From assembly GCA_963823335.1 (NCBI GenBank), contig CAWGLD010000001.1, forward strand, positions 160,001 through 224,000: a DNA stretch of 64,000 nt. The letters run 5' to 3'. The notes beneath the pieces are model-generated. The model was not told the DNA's origin. It saw nothing but the letters and a program-made list of their open reading frames with translations, and made no database searches. The position numbers and the translations under genes are program-made. Below, piece by piece: positions 19,218 to 29,840 of this stretch. This DNA comes from an uncultured delta proteobacterium (GTDB lineage: Bacteria > Desulfobacterota > Desulfobacteria > Desulfobacterales > B30-G6). How positions within the stretch are numbered: position 1 is the stretch's first letter; each line of letters opens with the position of its first letter.

Positions 19218-21014
19218 ATGAAAAACATCAGAAATTTCAGCATTATCGCCCATATCGACCATGGCAAGTCCACACTGTGCGACCGATTTATTCAGTCTAC
19301 GGATATGGTTTCGGACCGGGACTTCAAGGATCAAATCCTGGATACCATGGATATCGAAAGAGAACGGGGAATTACCATCAAAAGCCAGACCGTGTGCCTG
19401 CCTTACACGGCCCTGGACGGCATGACCTATCATCTCAACCTCATCGACACGCCCGGTCATGTGGATTTCACCTATGAAGTCTCCAGGGCGCTGAAATCCT
19501 GTGAGGGCGCTTTGCTGCTGATCGATGCAAGCCAGGGCGTGGAAGCCCAGACCCTGGCAAATCTATATCTTGCAATGGAACACAACCTGGAGATCATCCC
19601 CGTCATCAACAAGATAGATCTGCCGTCCGCCGATATTGACAGGGTCATGGTGCAGATAGAAGAAGACCTGGGTCTTGACCCCGAAACTGCAATCCAGGTT
19701 TCGGCAAAAGAAGGCATCGGTATCGAAGCGTTGCTGGAAAGAATCGTCCAGAAACTGCCGCACCCCACCGGAGATGCCGATGCCCCTTTAAAAGCCCTCA
19801 TCTTTGACTCCCACTACGATCCCTTCAGGGGAACCATCGTTAATTTTCGTATATTCCAAGGAACCATCAGACCGGGAGACCGCATCAAGTTCATGTCCAA
19901 CAATGCGGTCTACAAAGTCGAGGAGGTCGGGGTCTTCCAGATTGTTCGTGTTCCCCGTAAAAAGCTGACCGCCGGTGAGGTGGGCTATATGATTGCCGGC
20001 ATCAAGACAGTCAGCGACACCCGTTGTGGGGACACCATTACCCTGAGAGACAATCCCTGTGATGCAGCCCACTCTGGGTTCAAAGAAACCAAACCGGTCG
20101 TTTTTTCATCCATATACCCGGTGGCCTCGGATGGATATGAGGACCTGGCGACAGCCCTTGAAAAATTGAAGCTCAACGACGCCGCCCTGATCTACGAAAA
20201 AGACGCATCCGTGGCACTTGGTTTCGGGTTCCGGTGCGGTTTTCTGGGTCTGCTTCACCTGGAGGTTGTGCAGGAACGACTGGAACGCGAATATGACCTG
20301 TCCCTGATTTTAACGGCGCCGTCTGTTCGCTATATCATTATCCTGAACGACGGCAGCGAGCTTGTCATCGACAACCCGGCCCTGTACCCGGATCCCACCA
20401 CCATCGAAAAAACCAAAGAGCCGTTTATCCGCGCCTCCATCATGGTGCCGGATAGATACATGGGCGCCGTCATGAAACTCTGTCTTGACCGCCGGGGTAT
20501 CAACAAAAATTACCAGTACCTGACAAACAATCGCCTGGAAATGATATTCGAACTACCCCTGTCGGAAGTGATCTATGATTTTTATGACAAGCTGAAATCC
20601 GTCACCCAGGGGTATGGCTCTTTTGATTACGAAGTCATCGATTACCGCGAGACCAGCATGGTCAAGCTGGACATCCTCATCAACGGCGAACGGGTCGATG
20701 CCCTGTCGCAACTGGTTCACAGAGACCGGGCAGAAGAGCGTGGCCGGCATGCCTGTACCCAGCTTCGGGAGGAAATTCCGCGGCAGATGTTTAAAATAGC
20801 GATTCAAGGCGCCATCGGCGGAAAAATTGTGGCCCGCAAGACCGTCTCCCCCTTTCGCAAAGATGTGACGGCCAAGTGTTATGGCGGAGATATCACGCGG
20901 AAACGAAAACTTTTGGAAAAACAGAGAAAAGGCAAAAAGCGCATGAAAATGGTCGGGAAAGTCATGATTCCCCAGTCCGCCTTTTTGTCGGTGTTAAAGA
21001 CGGATAGCGATTAG
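19218..21014 (+). CDS. lepA: Elongation factor 4
   Basis: IAHIDHGKST, GFRCGFLGLLH and KCYGGDITRKRKLLEKQ. Confidence 0.98.
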   Translation: MKNIRNFSIIAHIDHGKSTLCDRFIQSTDMVSDRDFKDQILDTMDIERERGITIKSQTVCLPYTALDGMTYHLNLIDTPGHVDFTYEVSRALKSCEGALLLIDASQGVEAQTLANLYLAMEHNLEIIPVINKIDLPSADIDRVMVQIEEDLGLDPETAIQVSAKEGIGIEALLERIVQKLPHPTGDADAPLKALIFDSHYDPFRGTIVNFRIFQGTIRPGDRIKFMSNNAVYKVEEVGVFQIVRVPRKKLTAGEVGYMIAGIKTVSDTRCGDTITLRDNPCDAAHSGFKETKPVVFSSIYPVASDGYEDLATALEKLKLNDAALIYEKDASVALGFGFRCGFLGLLHLEVVQERLEREYDLSLILTAPSVRYIIILNDGSELVIDNPALYPDPTTIEKTKEPFIRASIMVPDRYMGAVMKLCLDRRGINKNYQYLTNNRLEMIFELPLSEVIYDFYDKLKSVTQGYGSFDYEVIDYRETSMVKLDILINGERVDALSQLVHRDRAEERGRHACTQLREEIPRQMFKIAIQGAIGGKIVARKTVSPFRKDVTAKCYGGDITRKRKLLEKQRKGKKRMKMVGKVMIPQSAFLSVLKTDSD

Positions 21015-21181
21015 AAGCGGTTTTAGGTTTTAGGTTTTAAGTTTTAGGTAAGCTCCGAGCTATACACCGTGAACAACAATAAATGACGGCCGCAGGCCTG
21101 ATGACGCGCGAAGCGCAAATGACACCCGAAGGGTTAATGACACCGCAGGTAAATGACAGCCAACAACGAATAGGAGAACGC

Positions 21182-22474
21182 ATGGGCAAAACCATTGCCG
21201 AAAAAATTTTTGATTCACACCTGATCGACAACCCGCATGGCGATATCCACATCATCCGCCTCGATGCAGTCTTCTGTCACGAGATTACGACCCCCATGGC
21301 CATCAACGACCTGAGCCAGAGAGGCAAAGACAAGGTCTTTGATCCAGACAAAATCAAAGTGGTCATCGATCATGTTTCCCCGGCCAAGGACTCAAAAACA
21401 GCCCTGCAGGGAAAAATTCTCAGGGACTGGGCACGCCGCCACCAGATTAGCGATTTTTTTGATATCGGTCGTAACGGTGTCTGCCATGCACTTTTTCCGG
21501 AAAAAGGCTTTGTCCGTCCCGGGTTCACCATCACCATGGGAGATTCCCACACCTGTACCCATGGCGCGTTTGGCGCATTTTCACCCGGTGTCGGCACAAC
21601 GGACACGGAAGTCGCTATCCTCAAGGGGATCTGTGCTTTTCATTATCCAAAAACCATCAAAATCGCCATCTCCGGCAAACTGAAAGCAGGCGTCTATGCC
21701 AAAGATGTGATTCTATATATCATCGGAAAGATCGGCGTCAATGGCGCCACGGACAAGGTTATCGAGTTTGCCGGACCGGTTGTGGACGAAATGGATATGG
21801 CCGCCAGAATGACCCTTTGCAACATGGCGGTTGAAGCGGGTGGCACCTGTGGCATCTGTTATCCGGATATGCACACTGTCGATTATCTCTGGCCCCATAT
21901 CCAGACGGATTACGCTTCCAAGAAGACCGCCCTCGAAGCATTTCAACCCCTGGCATCGGATCCGGATGCTGACTATGAGGCCGTCATCGCCATGGATGTC
22001 AGTGAGCTGACCCCCATGGCAACCCATGGAAACCAGCCCGACAGTGTCAAGCCGGTTGAAGAAATGCAGGGCACCGTCGTGGATCAGGTGTATATCGGGT
22101 CCTGCACCAATGGACGCATAGAAGATCTTCAGGCTGCGGCACAAGCCCTGGGAGGCAACAAAATCAGCCCCCGGGTTCGCGCAATTCTCTCCCCTGCAAC
22201 TCCGGAAACGTATCAAAAAGCACTGGATCAGGGGCTCATCAAGACATTTATGGAAGCCGGGTTTTGTGTCACCAATCCTACCTGCGGGGCCTGCCTGGGC
22301 ATGAGTAACGGCGTGTTGGCGGAAGGGGAGGTCTGTGCATCCACCACGAATCGAAATTTCAACGGCAGAATGGGCAAAGGCGGCCAGATACACCTGATGA
22401 GCCCTGCCACCGCCGCTGCCACAGCAGTCGCCGGTCACATCACCAATTCGACACTCTACAGGAAAAACACATAA
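21182..22474 (+). CDS. leuC: 3-isopropylmalate dehydratase large subunit (aconitase family)
   Basis: GDSHTCTHGAFG, GSCTNGR, CGACLG and STTNRNF; start MGKTIAEK after GGAG. Confidence 0.9.
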   Translation: MGKTIAEKIFDSHLIDNPHGDIHIIRLDAVFCHEITTPMAINDLSQRGKDKVFDPDKIKVVIDHVSPAKDSKTALQGKILRDWARRHQISDFFDIGRNGVCHALFPEKGFVRPGFTITMGDSHTCTHGAFGAFSPGVGTTDTEVAILKGICAFHYPKTIKIAISGKLKAGVYAKDVILYIIGKIGVNGATDKVIEFAGPVVDEMDMAARMTLCNMAVEAGGTCGICYPDMHTVDYLWPHIQTDYASKKTALEAFQPLASDPDADYEAVIAMDVSELTPMATHGNQPDSVKPVEEMQGTVVDQVYIGSCTNGRIEDLQAAAQALGGNKISPRVRAILSPATPETYQKALDQGLIKTFMEAGFCVTNPTCGACLGMSNGVLAEGEVCASTTNRNFNGRMGKGGQIHLMSPATAAATAVAGHITNSTLYRKNT

Positions 22475-22998
22475 TGAAATCTTTTAATGGAAAGGTTCTT
22501 TTTCTAGATCGATCAGATATCAACACGGATGAAATCATCCCCGCAAAATATCTAACGGAGATTTCCAAAGAGGCCCTCAAACCCCATCTGCTGGAGGACT
22601 TGAGTCTTGAAGGGTTCGAACCCCAGACAGACCATGCAGACAAAAACGTCATCGTCTCCCGGTCCAATTTTGGCTGTGGCTCCTCCCGGGAGCATGCGCC
22701 CTGGGCCCTGGAAGTTAACGACATCAACCTGGTCATTGCCCAAAGCTTCGCCCGGATTTTCCGGCAGAACATGTACAACAACGGTATGATGGCCCTGGCG
22801 CTTCCTGCAGAAACCATCGACAGACTCTTTTCCGATTTTTCAGCGTCGGAAACCACCCTCGAAACCGACCTCCATCAGCAGGTTTTTATTTTCAGAACCG
22901 CCAACCACGAAGAACGTGTACCCTTCAACCTGTCCGGGTTTGACCGCGAGCTGGTTGAGGCGGGTGGTTGGGTGGAGTATGCGGATAGCAGGTACTAA
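22474..22998 (+). CDS. leuD: 3-isopropylmalate dehydratase small subunit
   Basis: INTDEIIP, NFGCGSSREHA and SFARIF; overlaps the leuC stop. Confidence 0.9.
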   Translation: MKSFNGKVLFLDRSDINTDEIIPAKYLTEISKEALKPHLLEDLSLEGFEPQTDHADKNVIVSRSNFGCGSSREHAPWALEVNDINLVIAQSFARIFRQNMYNNGMMALALPAETIDRLFSDFSASETTLETDLHQQVFIFRTANHEERVPFNLSGFDRELVEAGGWVEYADSRY

Positions 22999-23082
22999 GT
23001 AAGGGTCGGAGGGTTCGAGGGTGATACAAGGGTTGGAGGGTGGCTGACAGCTATTAGCGGACAGCAGCTTAAAGCTTATGGC

Positions 23083-23922
23083 TTATCGCTTCCCGATTAC
23101 CCGATTTTCGATGAATCCGATTTTCTCGATTTCGCATTTTATGACACTGCCCGGTTGGAGCAGGACGGGGGGATCTCTGTAAATACCCACCCCCGAAGGG
23201 GTGCCGGTGGAAATGATATCACCAGGTAATAGCGTAATGTCCCTGGAGATATATTCGATAATAAAGGGGATCTTGAAAATCAAATCACCGGTGTTCCCTT
23301 CCTGCATGCAGATACCGTCCAGATGGGCTGTGATGCGCAGATCTTCCACGTCACCCATCTCGTCACGGGTCACCAGGCAGGGACCCATCGGCGCAAACGT
23401 GTCAAAGGACTTACCCCTGAAGAATTGTCCATCTCCATACTGTGCATCCCGGCCCGACACATCATTCATGACACAGAACCCGGCCACATACGCGTAGGCG
23501 TCTGCGGCCCGGATCCCTTTGCCTTCCCGGCCCATCACGACGGCCAGTTCCACTTCCCAGTCCACTTGACCGGCGCTTGCAGGCAGCAGGATGGGGTCGA
23601 AGGGTCCGTTGAGGGTGTTCATGGCCTTTGAAAAAAGAATCGGTTTTTCAGGGTTCTTGAAGCCCCCTTCCCTGGCGTGTTCGGCATAGTTTTTCCCAAG
23701 ACAGATAATCTTGGACGGCCAGTGCAGCGGACATCCCAGACGCACATCCATCTCGACACCCGGGTCCGTCACCCGGCCGACCTTTGTCAACCAGCCATCC
23801 CGGAAAAAAGGCCATCCAATATCGGGGATATCTGGATAATGTTTCCGTAAATCGACAATACGACCCTCTTTCCAGAGACCGGGACGCTCGCTCCCTTTTT
23901 CACCAAACCGAATGAGACGCAT
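23083..23922 (-). CDS. Fumarylacetoacetate hydrolase family protein
   Basis: KIICLGKNYAEH, DWEVELAVV, NDVSGRD and GDIISTGTPSGVG. Confidence 0.92.
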   Translation of the reverse strand: MRLIRFGEKGSERPGLWKEGRIVDLRKHYPDIPDIGWPFFRDGWLTKVGRVTDPGVEMDVRLGCPLHWPSKIICLGKNYAEHAREGGFKNPEKPILFSKAMNTLNGPFDPILLPASAGQVDWEVELAVVMGREGKGIRAADAYAYVAGFCVMNDVSGRDAQYGDGQFFRGKSFDTFAPMGPCLVTRDEMGDVEDLRITAHLDGICMQEGNTGDLIFKIPFIIEYISRDITLLPGDIISTGTPSGVGIYRDPPVLLQPGSVIKCEIEKIGFIENRVIGKR

Positions 23923-24100
23923 GGGGTTCCTCCCTCTATTTCACTATCTGTTTAGTTTAAGCTGACGAATGGAGCATGTTAAGATTCGTAACAGCTCCAA
24001 ACGCGGTGTGGATGGTTCGGAAGGATAGAGGGGTAGAGGGGTGGAGGGTTGGAGGGTAGCAGACAGTTATCCGCCATAAGCAGTAAATTGCTTTCAGCTA

Positions 24101-24285
24101 CCCTTCAACCCTCAGACCCTGCTCTTTTCTCTCCGACCCTGGTGTTCCCCCTCCAAACCTCCAACCCTTCAACCCTCAGACCCTGCTCTTTTCTCTCCGA
24201 CCCTGGTGTTCCCCCTCCAAACCTCCAACCCTTCAACCCTCAAACCCTGCTCTTTCCCCTCCAACCCTTCACCCCTCAGACCCCG
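24101..24285. repeat. Low-complexity tract with 64-bp tandem duplication
   Basis: CCCTTCAACCCTCA... recurs at 24101, 24165 and 24229; complementary GAGGGT tract at ~24020-24058. Confidence 0.8.
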
Positions 24286-25030
24286 GCTTTTTCTGCCCAT
24301 CCTGATAACGCTTCTCACCATACCAGTTTACCTGACGGATGATACCCCGTATCATACTGACTTCCCTGGCCCTCAGCTGCAAACGGGTAAAAAACCGGCG
24401 CAGGCTGTTGATGAAGTGATCCGGATTGTCGGCATTGATATAGCTGATCCGAACCAGGATTTCCTTGAGCTGCCGGTACATGCCGTCGAGCTCGTGTCGG
24501 TTGGCAAGCCTGGGTGTAAAAACGGTGGGCTGTTCCAGCCGGGACATAAACAGGGTATAGGAAACGATCATGACCGCCTGGGCCAGATTCAGAGATGAAA
24601 AATCAGCCGTGGGAATATTCACCAGCGCGTGGCAAAGCCGGGTGTCCTCATTGGAAAGACCCTTGTCCTCCGGTCCGAACAAGATCGCCACGCGATTTTC
24701 CTGGGAGATGGGTATCAGCTGGCCGGCCAGTCTTTCCGGTGTCTGGATAACCTGCCGATGTTTGCCCAGACGGGCGGTGGTCCCGACCACATAGTGGCAG
24801 GATGCTAGGGCCTCTTCCAAATCATCATATGTCCGACAACGTTCTACGACGTCCGCCGCAGCGTGGGTAGCTAGTTTAAAGGCCCTGGTACGATCGAAAT
24901 TTTCCGGAGCCACCACCGAAAGATGGTGCAGGCCCATATTTCGCATGGCTCTGGCAGCCGATCCGATATTCTCGGGATAGCGGGGTTTCTGAAGAACGAT
25001 GTGGATGTTATCGAGATTGATCGTATCCAT
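24269..25030 (-). CDS. trmJ: TrmJ/LasT family tRNA methyltransferase (SPOUT)
   Basis: ENIGSAARAMRNMG, LFGPEDKGLSN and SLNLAQAV. Confidence 0.85.
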   Translation of the reverse strand: MDTINLDNIHIVLQKPRYPENIGSAARAMRNMGLHHLSVVAPENFDRTRAFKLATHAAADVVERCRTYDDLEEALASCHYVVGTTARLGKHRQVIQTPERLAGQLIPISQENRVAILFGPEDKGLSNEDTRLCHALVNIPTADFSSLNLAQAVMIVSYTLFMSRLEQPTVFTPRLANRHELDGMYRQLKEILVRISYINADNPDHFINSLRRFFTRLQLRAREVSMIRGIIRQVNWYGEKRYQDGQKKPGSEG

Positions 25031-25160
25031 CAGGCTTGCGTATTTAATGAGGTAATCTTTTGTTTAAGGAAAAATACAATCACGAATTTTTATTCTTCTT
25101 TCGTGATTTCGCCTCTTCGTGCTTTCGTGATGAAAAATATGCTTTTTCGGCCATCCGGTT

Positions 25161-25577
25161 TCAGACAACAATCTCGAAACTGTTGAAGAAATAGTTGATT
25201 TCAACCGCAGCTGTTTCGGGCGCATCCGACCCATGCACGACGTTTTTCTCGATGTCGGTGGCAAAATCCCTGCGGATGGTCCCCTCTTCCGCATCCTTAT
25301 AATTGGTGGCACCCATGAGGGTTCGATAGCGTTTGATGACATCTTCACCTTCCAGCACCATAACGAGTGCCGGACCGGAGGACATGAAATCGCACAGACT
25401 GTCAAAAAACGGCCTTTCCTTGTGAACAGCATAGAATCCTTCGGCCTGGGACCTGGTCATGTGCAGCATCTTCATCGCTATGATGTGCATCTCACTATTT
25501 TCGAGTCGTTTAATCACTTCGCCCATCAGCCCGCGGCCGACGGCATCCGGTTTAACAATTGACAATGTTCTTTCCAT
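25161..25577 (-). CDS. ndk: Nucleoside diphosphate kinase
   Basis: [16 protein letters not shown] and NVVHGSD. Confidence 0.98.
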   Translation of the reverse strand: MERTLSIVKPDAVGRGLMGEVIKRLENSEMHIIAMKMLHMTRSQAEGFYAVHKERPFFDSLCDFMSSGPALVMVLEGEDVIKRYRTLMGATNYKDAEEGTIRRDFATDIEKNVVHGSDAPETAAVEINYFFNSFEIVV

Positions 25578-25802
25578 CCTGTGCTTCCTTTCTGCTTGGT
25601 TGCTGCTTTATCGTTTATTTATCCGTCTCCCAGCGGATGCATCTACATCCGGACGGCAAGTTCCTATAACCCATAGGCAGATGCAAGGCAATATATTTCC
25701 TTTGGTCTTTCTGTTTGACATTGCAGACCTGTGTATTAATATCTTTGTTTTGTCCATGCAATGCATCATACAAACTCTTAGGACAGGTAAAGGAAAATCA
25801 CT

Positions 25803-26534
25803 ATGGACACCATTGAATTGTCAGTGGAAGAATTCATCGCCGAACAGCATAGAATAAGCAATAAACGCCTGCCGGCCTCTAAACTGAAACAAAGTGCCTC
25901 CATTCCCGTCATTACCGTGTGTCTCGAGCCCGGAAGCGGTGGCCGCCTGATTGCCGAGGAGCTCGCTAAACGGCTGAATTTCACGCTCTTCGACAAGAAC
26001 ATTCTTATTACAATGGCCAATACCGCTGCCGTGGAAAGCAAGTCACTGGACACCATCGAACAGCAAAGACCCTCCGGAATCCAGGATTTTATCACTTCAC
26101 TTATGGACAAGAATTACGTTTACACGGGTGACTACGTTGGCTTTCTTAAGCAACAAGTCGAAATTATCGGTAAACTTGGACGAGGGGTCATTGTCGGACG
26201 GGGAGCCAATTTCATTCTTCCGCCCCAAGACAGATTCAGTATCCGCGTCATTGCCCCCCTGGATACCCGCATCAGAAATGTTTCGTTCAGGAATGGCGTT
26301 TCCCTGACTGAGGCCAGGAAGAGGATCAAAAACCGTGAACAGCGGCGCAAAACATTTATCCGCGAAACATTTCGTGAGGATATTGCAGATATCATGCACT
26401 ACGACTTGATCATCAACACGGCGCGCATGGATCTTGACACGGCCGTGGAATCCGTCATCGGCGCCGTTATCGGCTCTCAAACAAATAGAACCTTCGAAAA
26501 AGAAACTTCCTACATTCTAAAAGGCAAAAGGTAG
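25803..26534 (+). CDS. Cytidylate kinase-like family protein
   Basis: VITVCLEPGSGG, VIVGRGANFIL and YDLIINT. Confidence 0.85.
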   Translation: MDTIELSVEEFIAEQHRISNKRLPASKLKQSASIPVITVCLEPGSGGRLIAEELAKRLNFTLFDKNILITMANTAAVESKSLDTIEQQRPSGIQDFITSLMDKNYVYTGDYVGFLKQQVEIIGKLGRGVIVGRGANFILPPQDRFSIRVIAPLDTRIRNVSFRNGVSLTEARKRIKNREQRRKTFIRETFREDIADIMHYDLIINTARMDLDTAVESVIGAVIGSQTNRTFEKETSYILKGKR

Positions 26535-26538
26535 CACA

Positions 26539-28392
26539 TTGAAACTCTATCGTTTACTGGTTCTTTTTCTGTTCCTTCCCGTTTTGGCATGGGCATCCGA
26601 GGGTTCTTCCGTCACGGTGGTTACGGACTTTACAAGCTCTATTTACGGGTATCTGGGGTTGCTGTTGTTCATCCTGGCCTACACCCTGGTCACCATGGAA
26701 AACAAGCTGGAATTGAGAAAGAGCAAACCGGTTCTTTTTGCGGCGGGTCTGATCTGGATTCTGGTTGCCCTGGCCTATGCCAGTATCGGTGATACCCATA
26801 CGGCTCACAATGCCATAAAGGCCAGTCTGCTGGAGTACGCAGAACTGTTTCTGTTTCTCCTGGTGGCCATGACGTACATCAACGCCCTCGAGGAAAGAAA
26901 TGTCTTTCAATCCCTTCGTGCACACCTGGTCTCCCGAGGCTATTCTTTTAAAACCATCTTCTGGATCACCGGGGCCCTTGCATTCTGTATCTCGCCGGTG
27001 GCCGACAATTTGACAACGGCCTTGCTCATGGGAGCGGTGATCATGGCGGTGGGAGGAACCAACAAAACCTTTATCGCCGTCGCATGCATCAATATCATTG
27101 TGGCGGCCAATGCGGGTGGCGCCTTCTCACCTTTTGGCGACATCACCACCCTCATGGTCTGGCAAAAGGGTAAAATTGAATTTTCACGGTTTCTATTCTT
27201 ATTGCTGCCTTCGCTCGTCAACTGGCTGATTCCGGCATTCTTTATGAGCCTGGCCGTGGAAAAAGCCACACCGGCCGTCACCGATGAAAAAGTCTCCATG
27301 AAAAAAGGTGCGCGCCGCATCATGGGTCTCTTTCTGATGACCATCTTCACGGCGGTCAGTTTTCACAATTTTCTGAATCTGCCACCGGCCACCGGCATGA
27401 TGCTGGGTCTCGGGTATATGGGTATTTTTTCATTCTTCTTGAAGAAAATGGAAGGGGTAGAGGAACGGTTCGACAACATTCTCGGTCAACGATCCCGCGA
27501 AACACTGCACCCGATTTACAAGCTGGTGAAGCAGCGAACCAACCTGACAAGCTATATCAACGAATTTACAGATCCTACATTCATGATCGACAACGACCAT
27601 CTGGTGACGCACTGGAACCCGGCCATGGAAAAGCTGTCCGGTGTCCAGGCAAAGGACGTGATTGGAACAAGCCGCCACTGGTACCCTTTTTATCGAAGAG
27701 AACGGCTGGTAATGGCCGACCTCGTTCTTGAAAATTTTTCCAAGGAAGAGATCGGACGGCACTACCATGGTCATCACAAACCCATTGCCCGCATAAAACA
27801 TGCCTATGAAGCGGCCGCATTTTTCCCCGATCTTGCAGAAAACGGCAAATGGCTGTCAATTGCGGCGGCAGTGGTAAGGGATGACAACGAAGCCGTCATC
27901 GGTGTCGTGGAGACCTTGCGCGACCACACCGAACAAAAGCAAAAGACATCCCATTTTGATATCATGAAACGAATTGCCCGGGCCGAATGGGATACACTGC
28001 TCTTTTTTTACGGTGTGATTCTATGCGTGGGCGGTTTGTCTCAATTCGGTTATCTGGGTCTGGTTTCCGGCTATCTGTATACCGATCTGGGCGCCACCGT
28101 TGCTAACACGCTTGTGGGTCTGATTTCTGCGGTGATCGATAACATCCCGGTGATGCTTGCCGTATTGATGATGGACCCGTCCATGTCGGAAGGGCAATGG
28201 CTGCTGGTCACCCTCACCGCCGGTACCGGCGGTAGCCTGCTCGCCATTGGTTCCGCGGCCGGTGTTGCCTTGATGGGCTCCGCACGGGGAATATACACAT
28301 TTGGGAGCCATCTGAAATGGGCCCCGGCCATTGCCGCCGGGTATGCAGCCAGTATTGCCGCCCATATGCTCATTAACGGCAAACTATTTTAA
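26539..28392 (+). CDS. nhaD: NhaD-type Na+/H+ antiporter with inserted PAS domain
   Basis: KSKPV, ADNLTTAL, ANAGGAFSPFGDITT, DNIPV and GGSLLAIGSAAGVA; soluble PAS-like insert at ~27550-27945. Confidence 0.85.
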   Translation: MKLYRLLVLFLFLPVLAWASEGSSVTVVTDFTSSIYGYLGLLLFILAYTLVTMENKLELRKSKPVLFAAGLIWILVALAYASIGDTHTAHNAIKASLLEYAELFLFLLVAMTYINALEERNVFQSLRAHLVSRGYSFKTIFWITGALAFCISPVADNLTTALLMGAVIMAVGGTNKTFIAVACINIIVAANAGGAFSPFGDITTLMVWQKGKIEFSRFLFLLLPSLVNWLIPAFFMSLAVEKATPAVTDEKVSMKKGARRIMGLFLMTIFTAVSFHNFLNLPPATGMMLGLGYMGIFSFFLKKMEGVEERFDNILGQRSRETLHPIYKLVKQRTNLTSYINEFTDPTFMIDNDHLVTHWNPAMEKLSGVQAKDVIGTSRHWYPFYRRERLVMADLVLENFSKEEIGRHYHGHHKPIARIKHAYEAAAFFPDLAENGKWLSIAAAVVRDDNEAVIGVVETLRDHTEQKQKTSHFDIMKRIARAEWDTLLFFYGVILCVGGLSQFGYLGLVSGYLYTDLGATVANTLVGLISAVIDNIPVMLAVLMMDPSMSEGQWLLVTLTAGTGGSLLAIGSAAGVALMGSARGIYTFGSHLKWAPAIAAGYAASIAAHMLINGKLF

Positions 28393-28449
28393 TCCTTTCA
28401 TTCCGGCTTGACAAAAACCTGCAAACTATTTAATTGATGCTTTCAATAT

Positions 28450-28552
28450 TATACCGCTTGTCATAATAATGTTCCGAAAATAGGATGGCGGCATAAGGGG
28501 TTGTAGCAGAAAAAAGGTCCTCATTCGGAACGTTTTTCTGACACCCCCTATA
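28450..28552 (+). repeat. 103-bp dispersed element (family B), copy 1
   Basis: TATACCGCTTGTCATAATAATGTTCCGA...TCGGAACGTTTTTCTGACACCCCCTATA; near-identical to 41611 and 49679. Confidence 0.92.
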
Positions 28553-28577
28553 TCACCATGATGGATGGGTTTGAAAG

Positions 28578-29069
28578 ATGCCGATATACGAATTTTTTTG
28601 CCAGGACTGCAACACGATTTTCAATTTTTTTTCCCGCACGGTGAATACGACCAAGACACCCAAGTGCCCAAGATGTAAGAATAAACTGTCCAGACAGGTA
28701 TCACAATTCGCCTTCACCGGCAGGGCCAGGGAAGCCGGAGACATGGATGACCTCCCCATCGATGAGAGCAAGATGGAACAGGCCATGGGCATGCTGGCAA
28801 AGGAAGCCGAAGGGTTGGATCAGGAAGATCCCAAGCAGGCTGCAAATCTGATGCGCAAGCTGTCCGACATGACCGGGTTGAAACTCGGACCGGGCATGGA
28901 TGAAGCCTTGCAACGCATGGAAAAAGGTGAGGATCCAGAACAGCTCGAGGCAGAAATGGGCGACCTGCTGGAAAACGAAGATCCCTTTATTCTGCCCGAA
29001 AAAAAGGGTGGACGGACGAAGTCCGGACAAAGAAAGCCCTTTAAAGATGAAACGCTTTATGACTTATAG
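28578..29069 (+). CDS. FmdB-family zinc ribbon protein
   Basis: MPIYEFFCQDC...CPRC. Confidence 0.85.
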   Translation: MPIYEFFCQDCNTIFNFFSRTVNTTKTPKCPRCKNKLSRQVSQFAFTGRAREAGDMDDLPIDESKMEQAMGMLAKEAEGLDQEDPKQAANLMRKLSDMTGLKLGPGMDEALQRMEKGEDPEQLEAEMGDLLENEDPFILPEKKGGRTKSGQRKPFKDETLYDL

Positions 29070-29144
29070 CTTTTAGCCATAAGCGATAAGCTGCTTACTG
29101 CTTACTACTTGCTGCTTACTTCCTACTGCTCAGAGAAAACTACG

Positions 29145-29696
29145 ATGTCATCCAATCCCTTCGATAGAATAACGATATTCCAGGGAGACATCACCACCCT
29201 GGCGGTGGATGCAATTGTCAATGCGGCCAACACCTCCCTACTAGGTGGTGGCGGTGTCGACGGGGCCATACACCGGGCAGCCGGCCCCGGTCTCCTGGCC
29301 GAGTGCCGAACCCTCACCGGATGCCCCGCCGGAGAAGCCCGGCTGACACGGGGCTACAACCTCCCTGCCAGATACGTCATCCATACCGTGGGACCCATTT
29401 ACAGCGGCAGACCATCGGATCCGCATCTCCTGCGGAGTTGTTATGAAAAAAGTTTTCAGCTCGCCCTGGACGCCCGGCTTGAGACCATTGCCTTTCCAGC
29501 CATCAGCTGTGGTGTCTACGGCTACCCCATAGAAGAGGCTGCAACAATCGCCATCGATACCACAATGCAATATATAAATAAAACCGGATCGTTAAGCATG
29601 GTAACATTCGTGCTCTTCTCCCGAAATGACTTCGATCTCTATGCAAAGTTGTTGAAAACCCGATCTGCATCACCCCTCACGAAATGTTCGAGTTGA
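29145..29696 (+). CDS. Macro domain O-acetyl-ADP-ribose deacetylase (YmdB-like)
   Basis: [26 protein letters not shown] and [13 protein letters not shown]. Confidence 0.93.
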   Translation: MSSNPFDRITIFQGDITTLAVDAIVNAANTSLLGGGGVDGAIHRAAGPGLLAECRTLTGCPAGEARLTRGYNLPARYVIHTVGPIYSGRPSDPHLLRSCYEKSFQLALDARLETIAFPAISCGVYGYPIEEAATIAIDTTMQYINKTGSLSMVTFVLFSRNDFDLYAKLLKTRSASPLTKCSS

Positions 29697-29840
29697 CCTT
29701 GTTTGCTAAAATGTTCGGGTTACCAAGATGACAAAAACACGTCTGAAAAGCGTGTTTCATGTTGACAAAACCGGATGTGGTGAATAGTTTCTCAACAACC
29801 TTAATTACGGGACATAATTTTTGCAGTTTAGGAGGATATC

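Noticed and set aside
21083-21181. N-terminal extension of LeuC or a leucine attenuator
   Set aside because: The extension is just the translated hairpin array. There is no Leu-codon run or terminator, and the RBS precedes ATG 21182.
24049-24598. Pro/Ser-rich ORFs
   Set aside because: Translations of low-complexity repeat DNA and of the trmJ antisense strand.
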